A stretch of 64,000 bases of DNA from Camelus dromedarius (GCF_036321535.1 NC_087437.1:70496001-70560000); one strand, 5' to 3'. Shown: positions 26,650 through 39,520, counted from the first letter of the stretch. Notes: a model not told the origin generated them from the letters alone. Numbers and translations are program-made.

Positions 26650-26840
26650 CTACTATTAGACTCTGCTTCAGGCAAGTTACTTAACATCTATGTGCCTGTT
26701 TTCTCATCTGTAGAATAAGGAAAATAATAGTACACACTTTTTTGGGTTGTTATAAGGATTAAATGAGTACATCCATATAAAGCTCTTAAAAGAGTGTCTA
26801 GCATATAGTAAGCTCTCAACAAGTGTGAACTGTTACTAAT
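26650..26840 (+). mobile_element. MIR SINE
   Basis: ggcaagttacttaacatctatgtgcctgttttctcatctgtagaataagg...gggttgttataaggattaaatgag...gcatatagtaagctctcaacaagtg. Confidence 0.85.
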
Positions 26841-29800
26841 GTCTCTTACTAGCTGTGAAGTATCTTAGTACAAAGATAAGATCACATCACTTGTCTTTAA
26901 TCTACTCATTGTGAAAAAGCCCTGTTCGTATTTTTGTTGTGGCTGAAATAGCACCTTTCCCTTTGTGAACCTATGATTAGACCCATTGCTCTGCTATAAC
27001 TAGTAGTTATGAGTATTGTTATATGCAGAGTGCTTTGGGAGAAGCCTCTTGATTTTAGAATTAACTTCCTTAATTTGAGGCTATTTATGAAGTGTCTCTG
27101 ATCAGTAAAGGAAGTGATTAAATTAAATTAGGAATCAATTTCATCCTAAACAGGGAATTATTTTTTCATACCTTCTCTGTTTTTGTAAAGATTTATTTAT
27201 TATGTATGGGTACATAATCTATGATCTAAGGACAGGTAGTTTTTTTGAAAACCATAATAAAATGAAAAATATAAAATTGTGACTTTATTTAACAATACTT
27301 AGCATATATTGTTTTCCTTGAGTGGTATTTAAAGTTGAGAGATTATCAAGGAAAAGCAAATAGGATTTTGATATTTTAGCATATAAATATCAACTTTCAA
27401 TTATAAAGCAAAACAAAAATTAATATATGTAGTTTCAAATAAGACAATGTAGTTTGCTATGCCTTTATCCTCATTGGTTGAAAGCATTTTGGTGATTTAT
27501 TCATGATCATAGATGTATACAAGGTACAAATGAGTTTCAAACTATTGAAATAGTTTATATGGAGCCAATTTTATCTCAAGTTTATAAACAGTTGTATAGA
27601 ATAAAAAGTCACATAAAGTATCAAAAGCTGCCTTGATGTATGTCGAAGATAAAAGCCAAGATCTTACACTTAAAAGAATAGTTGATTTATGTTGAATTTC
27701 AAAGGAAATGATTAGATGATCTGTGTTGCCTAGTTATCACGATTGTCTCATGTGCTCTGACCTTTTTTTATTTTTTAAAAACAGTTAGCGTTTTCCTAGG
27801 GAGTCAGGAACTGTCAGGATATTTACTGCTTTTACATTTTATATCAAATTAAATATTTTGAAAATCTCTGAAACCAGCATGACTACTTTCCCTACAGGTT
27901 TTATGTTGGGCTGGTGCCATCTGTGGTTGTGAAGCCAAGTGTTCTGTTGGGGCAGAATAATCAAATCAAAGTTAATGGGGTGACTATCTAAGCAGAGCTC
28001 TTTGTCATTAAGGTCCACTCTTGTGATAGTCACGCATTATCCTGCTGATTGGATTTGTAGGAAGGCATCCACCTGTGGCCCACATTGGCAGAGAAGATAC
28101 TTACTGCAGAGGCAGTCCTGGCCAAGCAGGAGGTAGCTGTCCTGGGCAGCAGATTCTTTTGCTGGAAAGCCAAAGCGTGCAGGACAGCATGAGCAATATT
28201 AGTAGATGGGTGATTCACACATTATTTGGTTGATTTAGGTCCCAAAGTCAAGTAACCAAAAGCAGAGGAATAGAAACTCTTATCATTAAAGAGGAATGAC
28301 TGGCCTTGAGCAAGGGAAAAGCAAGTACACCCTGAGACACTGAGCAGATGATCAGACAAGATTTTAGCAGACAAAGGCTTTTACCTCCATCTCAGGAATG
28401 ATGTTCTCTGTTTGGACGAGAGCTATTGTAAGAATTTCCATGTCTGTTGGGGGCACTGAGGTTCTCACAGACTATGGTAAACATGATTTGGCTCACACGC
28501 TTTCATAATCAGGCTGACTTGCACTGAAACAGAGAGTGCTCTATAGCAGTGCCAAGCCTCTAGCAGTACCAACTGTTAAATAATAAACAGGCCCTGTTTG
28601 TTGGCAGTCTTTTCCCCTCCCGCCAACACGGAGTGCCCATTCTCTGGGTTTACCTGCCTGCATGTGTTCAGACACTCAGAACAGTGCTTGTTGTGTGAGG
28701 TGGTGGTGGCACAGAGGCATCAGTCTACATCTAATCTGCTTAGTTCATTATTCTCCCAGGATCTCTGGTGAGCTCGCAAACATTCAGAGCTCTGGCAGCA
28801 CGAACAATGGCTATGCTGTCATCCTAGATAACGTTGGTTCTGCAGAGTGCAGTGGCTAACTGTTTTTCTTATGTTCATTTTCCCTTCATATCCTTTTCTT
28901 CCTTTGAATTGGGAGTTGGTGGCATGGGGATGAGGGAGGGTGTGAGTGATCCTTCCAATTTGCTACTTTACCTCCGGGAAGTTAGAAAGTATTTGTGTGG
29001 ATTGTTTTCTTTCAATACCAACATGTATGTGGTTTATTCACATTAATAGTGAATCAGACCTTCAGTCAATCAACAGATTCTTACTGAAGACCCACAGGGT
29101 ACACAGAACCCTAGACTAGGCGCTTACACTTACCTCATTATACCTTATTTACTGTTACTCTGTGACAACTGTCTTGGAAAGGTCAGAGTTTTCTCTCAGA
29201 TTCCAGGCAGCAGAGACTAGAAGAGCAGTTCAGTTGAGAGCCAAGCTGGAAACATGCACATACTCAAACCTCAGAAGAAAAATGACGCCTAAAATCCTCT
29301 GTTTTGTCACGGAGAGTTTTTCTCATTCACTAGTCCTAGGAATAGAGCCTTCGGTAACCTCAATTTTATATTGCTTTTTTGGCCAAAGGAGTTTGGTATG
29401 CCACACAGATGCTATGGTCAAAAATAGACTTTCTTAATTCCCATAAACCCTCTCCAACCCCCAACCCTCTGCAAAGCCCAGGAGAAGCAGGACATGATAC
29501 CAATCCCAGGAGGAGGCTTTTTGTTGATTAGTTGTAAGTAAGGCACGTTCAAAGTAGGATAATCAGGGGCATGTGGTGTTAGGGGAAGGGTAACCCTGAA
29601 GCGAAAAGATATTTTTTCGTCAGTAATTCCAAAGGCAGTGCCCCAACTTTCAAGTAATGACAGTATCCCTGAAGTAGGTTTCTACCAGGATGACTACAAT
29701 GAAAAATAGCCCTTATTGGAAATCTACGTTAAAATGCATGTTTGAAAAATTCAGTCACATTCCGTTATAATGATGGCTCCCCGTGATGAAGCTTTCCTTT

Positions 29801-30695
29801 GGTTGGAAAACTAAAGCCATTTGCTTGACTGAAATGAAATTTCTCCTATCTCAGATCACTAAATATGCTTTCAGCAGTGGGGTAATCATTCAGCTTCTTG
29901 GACTAGCATATTTTTAGATCAAGAGTACATATTTGAATTAAGAACTCTGGTGACAGCTCAGAGAGTATTGCAGAAAGTTAGGATAGTAATCCCATATTCA
30001 GCTTAATTTTCCCTAAATCCATACCTTGCTGGTTTGTAATGGATACACTTGTGGTGGTGTTTTTTTTTAAAGCCCTATATTTTCACTATCTTTTAAGAAA
30101 GATTTAGCTGATTTATGGTGTCAAGTGTGCTTTGAAAAATCAGGCAGTATTAATTCATTCAAAATGATTCACAAATACCTGGTGGTAAAATTCATAGGGA
30201 AACAAACATTTAAAAAGCAACTTGCATTATATAACAGAATAATGAATTTCTATTTGCCATAGTCTCTTACTGGACCCATGCCACCTTATCACTCAGTTTC
30301 AAAGATTCCATCCTTTGAGAACATCCAAAGGAATTAGACTCTTCCTCCAAGAACTCTTCCCCAATTCCACTAGGCTTCCTCCTAACCCGCAGGCCTTGGT
30401 GCCCCCACCAGGACACTGCTTAGATGAGCTCTATCAGAGCTCTCGTTCTCTCCATGGCAGGCTGCTTGCAGCCTGTGTCAACCACGAGCTCACCTACAAT
30501 CTTGAGTTATCTATATCAACATTTAATCTGCAGAGGATGGGAAAGCAGATCCCAAAGTTTTTAGAATTGTTTCTAGAAGGAGAATTATAAGTTCTGAGTG
30601 AAGACGTGAAGTAAAGCACATCAATGGTGGTGAATTCTGCTGGCTGCTTAACCATTTTATCTTCTGTGTTACAGTGAGTTGAGTTTTGATTTCAT

Positions 30696-30723
30696 ACACA
30701 CATACACACACACACACACACAC
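30696..30723. repeat. (CA)n microsatellite, interrupted
   Basis: Read directly. Confidence 0.9.
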
Positions 30724-31609
30724 GCTCTCAATGTAGGTGTATATATAGTTACGCATACAACATATAATTGTATTCTATAATAGATGTTTATCTATCTATT
30801 AACTTATCTACATCTCTGGTAATTGTTCCTAGTGATTTAGATGCTAAAATTATGAGAAAATAAGCTTTTTTTATTGGGAGAAATACCTCTTTAAGCACTC
30901 ACATATCTAGAAATCCTCAAGGTGCTTATAAGATTCTACAAGGCTTCAGATGGTCAAGATGTGCAAATGAGGACCAATATGGTACATTATCTTATTACTT
31001 ATTAGAAAAAACTTTCACTGCCTCATTCAGTGTTTTGCATAATATAAGAATGTTTTTGGTGTATTTAATAGAAAATATGTCTATAGTGATAGTTGACTTT
31101 GGTTGTTGAGAAAATGGGATTGCTGGAACAGCACTTAAATAAAATGAATAGTACTGACCTACTTAGAAAAATAAATTATGAAAGAAAAAATAATGGATTA
31201 GAGTTGCAGATAATGGTTTTGGGGACTCTGCTGGTTGAAACCCATCCTGAGGCTTATTTATAATTGGCACAATTAGAGTTTTTGAGAATTCAGCAGCTTT
31301 GATTTATTTACAAAAATTCAAATAGCATTCAAGTTATTGGGAATGTTGGGGGTGTGGAGATTGGTTGAGGATTTATTGCTTTAAATTGAAGTTCTACAGA
31401 ATTTCAAATTCATATTTTGAGGGAGATTGAATTGCCCTCAGGTAAAGAGTACTAGGTTCTTTAAGAGAATTTAATACATTTGGGTACTTACATAAATAAA
31501 CTTTTATGTTAGCTCAGATTATCAAAAACTGAACATGCCTTTGCACTTAAGACTATTTTCTATGTTGTCTACAGACTGTTTCCACAATTTTCATTTCACT
31601 TCTTGGAAA

Positions 31610-31732
31610 TTTTAATTCATCAAATGTTCACTGAATACCTACTGTGTATTAGGTACAATTCTAGACACTTGGGATCCATCAGTGAAAAAGATAACTAAAT
31701 CATGAAGTAGGTTAGGAAATGATAAGTGCATG
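31610..31732 (-). mobile_element. L2 3' end, split by the following L1 (resumes at ~32735-32830)
   Basis: ttcatcaaatgttcactgaatacctactgtgtattaggtacaattctagacacttgggatccatcagtgaa; after the L1, aaataggatagtcaggcagg continues the L2. Confidence 0.75.
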
Positions 31733-31734
31733 GT

Positions 31735-32733
31735 CCATTTACACATGATTTATAAAAGAATAAATTGGACTTTATCAAAAATTAAAAACTTCTGATCTTT
31801 GAAAACATTACTAAGAGGGTGAAAAGAGAAGCCACAGACTGTAACAAAATGTTAGCAAAGAATATATCTGATGATGGACTTGTGTCCAGAAAATATAAAT
31901 ATCAAAACTCAATAATAAATAACCCATTTTTTTAATTGGAAAAAGAGTTGAGCACACTTCCCTCAGAAGATAAAAGGATGGCAACTTAGCGCATGAAAAG
32001 ATGCTCAGTATCATCAGTCATTAGGAAAATGCAAATTAAAACCACAATGAGAAACTATTCCATACCTATTATAATGGCTGAAATTTAAAAGACTGACCAT
32101 ATCAAATATTGGCAAAGATATGGAGAAACCAGGACCTTTATGCATTACTGGTAGAAAAATAAAATGGTACAGCCACTTTGGAAAGCATTCTGACAGTTTT
32201 TGAAGTTAAACATACACCAATGTGATCCAGTCATTCCACTCCTATGTATTTACACAAAAGGAAGGAAAGCATATGTTTTTGTAAAGACTTGTACACAGAT
32301 GTTCACAGCAGCTTTATTTGTATAAGCTAAAAATTATAAACAGCCTAAATGTCCATCAAGAGGTGAATGGATACACAAATTGAGTATATCGACACAAAGG
32401 AATACTACTCAACACTAAAAAGTAGGGATTTATTGATACATGCTATAACATGGATGGATCTCAAAATTATTATACAGAGTCAAAGAAGACAGGCAAAGTA
32501 AGTGCATACTGTAAGATTCCACTTACATAAAATTCTGGAAATTGTGAGCTAATGTATAGTAACAGAAGGTAGATCAGTGGTTGCATAAAGAAACTTTTGG
32601 GGGTGATAAATAATTTTATTATCTTTATTGTGGTGGTGATTTCACTGGTTAATGTGTCAAAACAACAAATTATCTATTTTAAATTTGTGCAGTTTATTGT
32701 TTATCATTTATACTTCAGCAAAGCTGGTTTTAA
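31735..32733 (+). mobile_element. Old L1 (L1MC/MD-like) ORF2 end plus 3'UTR
   Basis: cattaggaaaatgcaaattaaaaccacaatgaga, aaaatggtacagccactttggaaa, cctaaatgtccatcaagaggtgaatggata and the tail tgtgcagtttattg...aaagctg. Confidence 0.9.
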
Positions 32734-32899
32734 AAATAGAGCAAAAGAGATGGAGAATTATGTATGGGGAGTAGGTGGATAACAAATATAAATAGGATAG
32801 TCAGGCAGGTATGGTTAGAAATACTTTTTAGGAATCCCTGTTGTTTGCTGAAAGAACCCCTGTCGTACAGTTTTCCTTTAACACGTAGCACTTATTTGG

Positions 32900-33090
32900 C
32901 AAAAGCATGGTGTAGGGTAGGGCAAATAGAAGCTTTAAGGCCAATCAACTAGTTTCAAGTTCTGGGTACCCCATACACTAGCTTGTAACCTTGGGCAGAT
33001 TACCTGCTATTTCAAATGATGTTCTCTTCTGTAAAATGGGAATAATATAGCTCAGAGTGATGAGGACCAAATAAAAGTGTATTTAAATTC
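32900..33090 (+). mobile_element. MIR SINE
   Basis: cactagcttgtaaccttgggcagattacc...ctcttctgtaaaatgggaataata. Confidence 0.7.
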
Positions 33091-33370
33091 TTTCCTTGCC
33101 TTCAAATCTGGACTCAGGAGGAGACAGATTAAATGTCTGGTTACTTGGTATGAGGTGAGGTGTGTGTGAGTAATGTTCTCTCTTACCTGAATGGTACAAT
33201 TTCAGGAATTCCACTGTTTAAGGAGATTCATTCTTTTGGATCAAGCACTGTGAACTCTGGGACTTCCTTTTTGAAAACTATAAAACATAGCATGTTAACC
33301 TATAATCTTTAAGTATCATTTTTTAAATTAATTGATTAGCTCACTTTTTTCTCTTTGCAATAGTAGCGAA

Positions 33371-33390
33371 GATGGTTGACGTCAACCATC
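33371..33390. promoter_or_regulatory. Perfect 20-bp palindrome GATGGTTGACGTCAACCATC centred on a full CRE (TGACGTCA)
   Basis: The sequence equals its own reverse complement. The palindrome is certain; function is inferred. Confidence 0.5.
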
Positions 33391-34179
33391 CTGTAAGTCT
33401 CAGTTTAAATGTTACTGATTCCAAGAAGTGTTCCCCAATCTCTTGAGGGTACGTTAGGTCTGCATGTTGTATGCTCCTCCAGCTCCTCACTTCTCTCTTT
33501 CCTAACTTTTAGTACATTAGTTGTTATGTCTGCCATCCTACTATTGTGTATGTTCTGTGCAGGTCGAGACTGGGTGTGACTGGGTAACTCCTGTATTTGC
33601 AAAGTATCTAGCTTAATACTGAGTGAATGAACAAATGTTTTTCAAGAAGAGGAGAAGATAGAGATGGAAAAGTTAGGAAGCTCTAAGAAACAGTTCTCCC
33701 ACTTCATAGTTTAGTCTCAGGTTAGCCCTTCTGTCCTCAGAGCAGTTCTAGATGGAGAGTGTTTTGATATGATATGTACACTAAGCTTAACACCTTTAGA
33801 GATGACAACTAGGCTATTGCTCAGGCTAACACTAAGGAAGAAGCTGTAAGCAGCTGATATTTGAGATCCGAGCAGTGTTATGGAAAGAAGACTCAGCTGG
33901 AAATAAGTTCCAAGTTGTCGTCTTAACACTGGTGTGCAATGACTTCAAGCCTAACTTCTTGGAACCTTGATTTTTATCTGTAAATAGTTATATTACCCAC
34001 CCTGCTTATTTCATAACCTTGTTTGAGAGCCAAAAGGGAGAATGCACATAAGAAGTGTTGAATTGCTGTAGAAAAGTAAGAGTTTTTTTTATGAAGGAGA
34101 TTATAGAGTCCTGTACAGGCAGTCTTATTTAACCTTTGAAGTATTAAGGTTCTGAGGAGTGCCTGCTAGGCTCTTTCAT

Positions 34180-35060
34180 CATTTTGGACAGAACTCCTGG
34201 TCAATCTCACTTACTTCTATAGCTTCGATTAGTATCTTCATATGGATGACCACCACATTTTTCTCTCCAGCTCATACTTATCTCTGAGTACTACTTCCTA
34301 GACTTCTTTTCTTGATTACCCATAGACACCGCAAAGTCAACATATCCCAAAGGAAACTCAATCTTCTCTACAGAAGTGCCCTTACCTTCAGTGTTGCTAC
34401 ATAATTGTTTACACTAGAAATCTAGCATTATCCTTACCTTCTCCATATCTCCTGTTGTCCCCACATTCATTCAGTCTCCAAGTTCTCTTGATCTTCCTCC
34501 TAGGTCTATTTTAAACCTGTTTACTCTTCTCCATACCAAAGCTACCACTCTAGACTAAGGTACCGCCTTATCTCTTCTAAGTTTTTATAACATTCTCCTG
34601 ATGTTCTTAATATTCACTTCAATCTTGCCCCTGTTTCGTCTTCTACCCTGACTTATACCACTTTTTCCCTAGCTTTCTAGGCTCCAATTATACTGAACTT
34701 CTTTTCATTCCTTCAGTGCACCACCTCACTCTCATTTCTGGTCTTTGCAATTGTCTTCTCCTCTGTTTGGAATGCCTCTCCATTTTCCCAGGATTTGTCC
34801 TACTGAAATAACTTAGCAAACCTCAAAGCTTATTTTCTTTGAGTGGCTCCCCTCACTCTCCAACTAATTAGAATTGCCTTCCATTGTACTCCTATGATGT
34901 GTGTTTTATTTTAATGATCATTTTACCTAAATCTCCCTTAAGATAGAGAATGGTATATTTCTTTCAAGGCTGTATCTCTAGCATCTAACATAATGCCTGG
35001 TATTTCCTAAGCATTTAATAAATAATTGTTGAGAGACTGAACGAGTGAATGAAGAAATAA
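34180..35060 (+). mobile_element. L2 LINE 3' portion
   Basis: Pyrimidine-rich, with caaagtcaacatatcccaaaggaaactca and ctttctaggctccaattatactgaacttcttttcattcc; ends taatgcctgg...taataaataattgttga...gaatgaatgaa-like tail. Confidence 0.85.
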
Positions 35061-36115
35061 ATACATTTAAATGGCCACAAATAAATTATAGCTAATCTAT
35101 TACATGTTTTCACTTTAATTTTTAATTTTTGTATATTTGCCAAGTTTGTCCTTAGAAAAGTGAAACATAGCAATTCTTGAAAATTTATTTCACTTCTGTT
35201 GTGTATGTTTTGAATAGCTCTCACTAGAGTCCCAGTTTTCTAGTATTAAGGAGTTACTCTGGAATATGAAATACCCGAACTGCATGATTCTTATATTGTT
35301 CTTCCAGGAAAATTATTGTTAGATCTCCATTTGTTTTTTTGTCTGCCTTAATGTCAGGGATAACCGAAGGTGTTCATGAATGGTATGAATTTGACAACCT
35401 TGGCCTAGAGATTATTATGCTGTTGTCAATTTTCTTAGACTAACATTTAGGAAAATTCTACTATCACAGTCTTTGCTTCCCACATTTGACTGTCTTAAGC
35501 CCAAGCTAGATGCATGTATCTTCCAGTAATACTCTGGCATTGCTTTCCATGATTTGTCTATAAGAAACTAAGGAAGATATTAAAGATGAGACAATAAAGA
35601 AACCTGTCTGAATATGGCTCCACTGACAACCAAGGAGGTTGCTTAAAATGGCATGAATAGTCGATTTGAAATAAAGGTTTGTTGAAACGTTTGGTATTGC
35701 ACAACCAGTTTCCACATTAATCAATCCCTTATGCTTTAATTAATACCTTGCTAAAATGTTGATTTTTCAAGGAAAACAGCAGTTTTTAACTTTTATAGAT
35801 ATGTAACACACTTTTGAATTTATTATTAACGGGCTAATCGAGTATTGAATATTGATCAGAGTATTTTGCTGTTGTAATGCTTACAGCAAGTGAAGTATTT
35901 TACATATCTCTATATCCCACAGTGATTCCACATAAGAATTTACAATCCTTTTACTAATGAGGAGCCTGAAGATCAGGGATATAAAGTAACTTGCTTTTTT
36001 TTATATCACACAACTTACATAGAGAAAATCTAGGTTTAATTCTGAGTTTGTCTTGCTTAAATGTTTTTTCTAATCCATTCTATTACCCTTCTGCAAAACA
36101 ATTATTTGTTCCAGG

Positions 36116-36582
36116 TATATTAGTTTTCTAAGGTTGTTATAACAAATACCACAAACTTGATGGCTTAAAACAACAGAGTAGTCTCTCACAGTTCTGGAGG
36201 CCAGAAATCAGAAATCTGAGCTCAGTGAATCATCAGGGCCACACCCAATCTGAAGGCGTGAGGGCAGAATTACTGGCTCTTCCAACTTCTGGTGTCTCCA
36301 TGCAGTCCTTGGCTTGTGGCTGTATAACTGCAGTCTATGCTTCCTTCTTCACATGGCCTTCCCTTTGTGTCTGTGTCTTTTCCTCTGTCTCTTATAAAGG
36401 CTGTCATCATATTTAGGATAATCCAGGATGATAAACCTGGATAATCCAAGATGATCTCCTCTAGAGGTCCTTAACCTAATTAGATCTGCAAAGACCCTTT
36501 GTCCAAATAAGGCCACATTCCTAGCTTCTGGAGATTGAGATGTAGGCATATCTTTTACAGGGCCAGCATTCAACTCACAACA
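36116..36582 (-). mobile_element. MLT1C-like MaLR solo LTR
   Basis: tattagttttctaaggttgttataacaaataccacaaacttgatggcttaaaacaacag...cacagttctggaggccagaa...ctgcaaagacccttt...caactcacaaca. Confidence 0.9.
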
Positions 36583-37057
36583 CTGGGTATTGGAGAAACT
36601 GTTTTGTTCTCAAAATGGTGGATATATCTTTGGAATATTTAGTAGTCAAAGTGCAGAAAGCTAAAGTTCACTAATGTATAGAAAGATATTTGCAAATGGC
36701 CAGTTAATACTGATTCTCCATGAAGACCAGCAGGAGAACGGTGATTGCCACTCTGTCACTAATAGGACAGGAATGATAACATCTTATAGGAATGCTACTC
36801 ATGTTTTTAGAGTGGCTTTATCAAAGCTGTGATCCCTCCTGCATATTTGGTTGCAAAAGGAGACATTAATAAATAGATCGAAAGACATCTCCATGATGTC
36901 TTATTGGCTACAGGTTCATATTAAGCTAATATCATTAGTAAACAGTTCAAGTGTTTTTTGACTGAATCTGATATCTCAAATCATCTTAAAAATATGATTT
37001 GTATTATTTCCCTCAAGAGCACTTGCCTTGCTTTTACCCTCATTAAGAATAAAAACT

Positions 37058-37573
37058 GAATACTACTTAGTGATAAAAAAGAATAAAATAATGCCATTTG
37101 CAGCAATATGGGTGGACCTGGAGATCATCATTCTAAGTGAAATAAGCCAGAAAAAGAAAGAAAAATACCACATGATATCACTCATATATGGAATCTGAAA
37201 AAAAATAGAGAAAAGACACCAATGAACTCATCTACAAAACAGAAACAGGCTCACAGACATAGTAAAAAATTTTACAGTTATTGACGAAAAGGGGATGGGA
37301 GGGGATAAATTGAGGAGTTTGAGATTTGCAAATGATAACCATTATATGTAAAAATAGATTAAAAAACAAATTTCTTCTGTATAGCACAGGGAACTATATT
37401 CAATATCTTGTAGTAACCTTTAATGAAAAAGAATATGAAAACAAATATATGTGTATATATAGATATACATATTTATATATATAGATAGATATGGATAGAT
37501 ACATGCATGACTGGGACATTATGCTGTACACTAGAAATTGACACATTATAACTGATTATACTTCAATTAAAAA
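37058..37573 (+). mobile_element. 5'-truncated L1 (ORF2 C-terminus plus artiodactyl-type 3'UTR) with a 13-bp TSD
   Basis: Translates EYYLVIKKNKIMPFAAIWVDLEIIILSEISQKKKEKYHMISLIYGI*, the L1 ORF2 end. TSD aagaataaaaact (37045-37057) vs aagaataataact (37574-37586). Confidence 0.92.
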
Positions 37574-37589
37574 AAGAATAATAACTAAT

Positions 37590-37710
37590 ATTTATCCAAC
37601 ACCCTTGGTTTGTGAGGCCCTATATTAAATATTTCATATGAGTTACCTCATTAAATCTCCAATATGGTACAACTACTTTCTGTATTTTACAGATGAAGAA
37701 GCTGAGGCTG
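37590..37710 (-). mobile_element. MIR SINE
   Basis: ctgtattttacagatgaagaagctgaggct. Confidence 0.7.
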
Positions 37711-37729
37711 TATTGCTACTTTTTGCTTA

Positions 37730-37880
37730 CTGACACAACCTGATTTTACTAGTGGTTATCTCTTTGGTTTAAATGGCTCAAATGTCACTACTCTGAGTGA
37801 GATTTTATTCACTACTTTCCTTCATCATTGGCAAAATGTTGAATTAGGACAGGTTCCAGTACTAATCTGTGGGAGATTCA
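37730..37880 (-). mobile_element. CR1/L3 reverse-transcriptase fragment
   Basis: Minus strand reads ISHRLVLEPVLIQHFAND, resembling the CR1 RT motif VPQGSVLGPVLFNIFIND. Confidence 0.6.
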
Positions 37881-37947
37881 TTTTATATTCATTCATTTAT
37901 TAAATTCCAGGAATTATTCTGCACACTGAGAGTACATGGTAATCAGC

Positions 37948-38456
37948 TGTGATAGGCAGCTTCCAAGATGCCTCCCAGCAATCTCCATATCCTATATCCC
38001 ACCTCCTTGTGTAGCCCCCTCTCCTTTAGTATTGACTGGACCTAGTGACTCATTTGTAAAAAGGACAAAAATAATGGGATGGTACTTCCAAGATTAATTT
38101 TAAAAAAGACCATGGCTTTAATCTTGAATGCCTCTCTCACTCTTTCCTGTGTTGCTTTCTCTGGGGAAATCCAAATGCCATGTCACGAGGCAGCCCTGTG
38201 GAGACACCCACCTGACAAAGGACTAAGGCCTGCCAACAACCAAGTGAGTGAATTTGGAATGTGGTTTTCAGTTCAAACCACAGCCCTAGCTGACAGTTTG
38301 ATCACAACCTCATAAGGAACCTTGAACTTTGACCCAGAGACACCTAGCTATGCTGCTCACAGATTCCTGGCCCACAGAAACCATGAGATATTAAGTGTTT
38401 TTTAAAGCTGCTAAGTTTGGGGATAGTTTGTTATGCAGTAAGAGATAGTTAATATA
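37948..38456 (+). mobile_element. MLT1E/F-like MaLR solo LTR inserted into an L2
   Basis: tgtgataggcagcttccaagatgcctccca...cagccctagctgacagtttgatcacaacctc...ttcctggcccacagaaaccatgagata...ttaaagctgctaagtttggggatagtttgttatgcag. Confidence 0.88.
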
Positions 38457-39295
38457 GCAATATGACTGAGAACCTCATTCTAATGGAATTTGCACTCTGA
38501 TAGAGACTACACCCTACCCCCAACACACACACAATATATAAATGAGGAAGATGCTAAAATTCATTCTAAAAGGAAAATAGAGCAGCATAGAGTGAACTGG
38601 GGATGCTTTGGATACCTTGATAAGGTAAAGGAAGACCTCTCTGTGAAGGGATGTTTCAGCTAAGAGTAATGAGGACTCAGCTATCCCCTAGAGTAGGGAG
38701 AGTAGGATTAGGCCTGGCTTGTTTGAGGGACATACTGGGTCACTGAGGCAGAAGCACAGTGAATAAGTGAAGAGTGGCGGGAAATAAGATCAGACAGGTG
38801 GGCAGGAACAGATAATGGAGGTACTTATTGGCTAAGGTTTTGAATTTGAATACCATTACTATTGCAACATATGTACTTTGTGGATTTTATACAAGGGAAT
38901 GGTATGATCTGCCTTGATTTCAAGACCACTCTGGCTTCTGTTTAGATAATAGGTTGTAAGAGGCAAAAAGAAAAACAGAGAAATCAATTAGGAGACCAGT
39001 TAAGAGAGAACAATGTTTTGGGCTGGCCATAGAGACATGGCGAGAAATAGTTTGGTTTGGAATGTACTTTTTTGGGTTGAGTTAATGGGGACTATTGATG
39101 AATTAGATGTGTTAAGTGAGGCAAAAGGGATCCCTAGGCTCCTGACGTTTGGCCTGATCTGTTGATCAGGATGAAAGGCTGCACCTTTCACTGAGCAGAG
39201 GGAAATGCAGTTTGGTTGGGGGAGGAGGTGACAAAAAGGCTGCTGTGGACTCAGGAGTTTAATTTTGGGTGTGTTACAACTGTTCAGTTCGTAAC
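38457..39295 (-). mobile_element. L2 LINE (its 3' tip lies at 37885-37947, on the other side of the LTR)
   Basis: aaggaagacctctctgtgaagggatgtttcagctaaga, caagaccactctggcttctgtttaga and ggactcaggagtttaattttgggtgtgtt match reverse L2. Confidence 0.85.
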
Positions 39296-39309
39296 TTGTG
39301 GACCTCACA

Positions 39310-39520
39310 AAAGAAGTGCTTACTAATTTCTATTCTGTGCTTTAAGCCAGTTTATTGCTGTGGAAAACAGCCTCTGGCATCCCATAATATGCTGTGTCCT
39401 GGTGAGTTTCATTTTTTGTATCTTTCTGGTAGAATTTTGTCAGAGGCTATTTGAATGTTTAAATGGCATACACTAACTCCCTCCTTTCACTATAGTGAGT
39501 TAATCAGACATAATTTCTTT
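39310..39520 (-). mobile_element. CR1/L3 reverse-transcriptase fragment (continuation across the L2)
   Basis: Minus strand reads NIQIASDKIL, resembling the CR1 motif DFQKAFDKVPH, in the expected order relative to the 37730-37880 piece. Confidence 0.5.

Noticed and set aside
29560..30260. Possible hAT or Tigger-type DNA transposon remnants
   Set aside because: Only vague resemblance; I could not identify terminal inverted repeats or a family.
36416..36455. 17-bp direct duplication ggataatcca(g/a)gatgat
   Set aside because: Small slippage duplication inside an MLT1 LTR with no sign of function.
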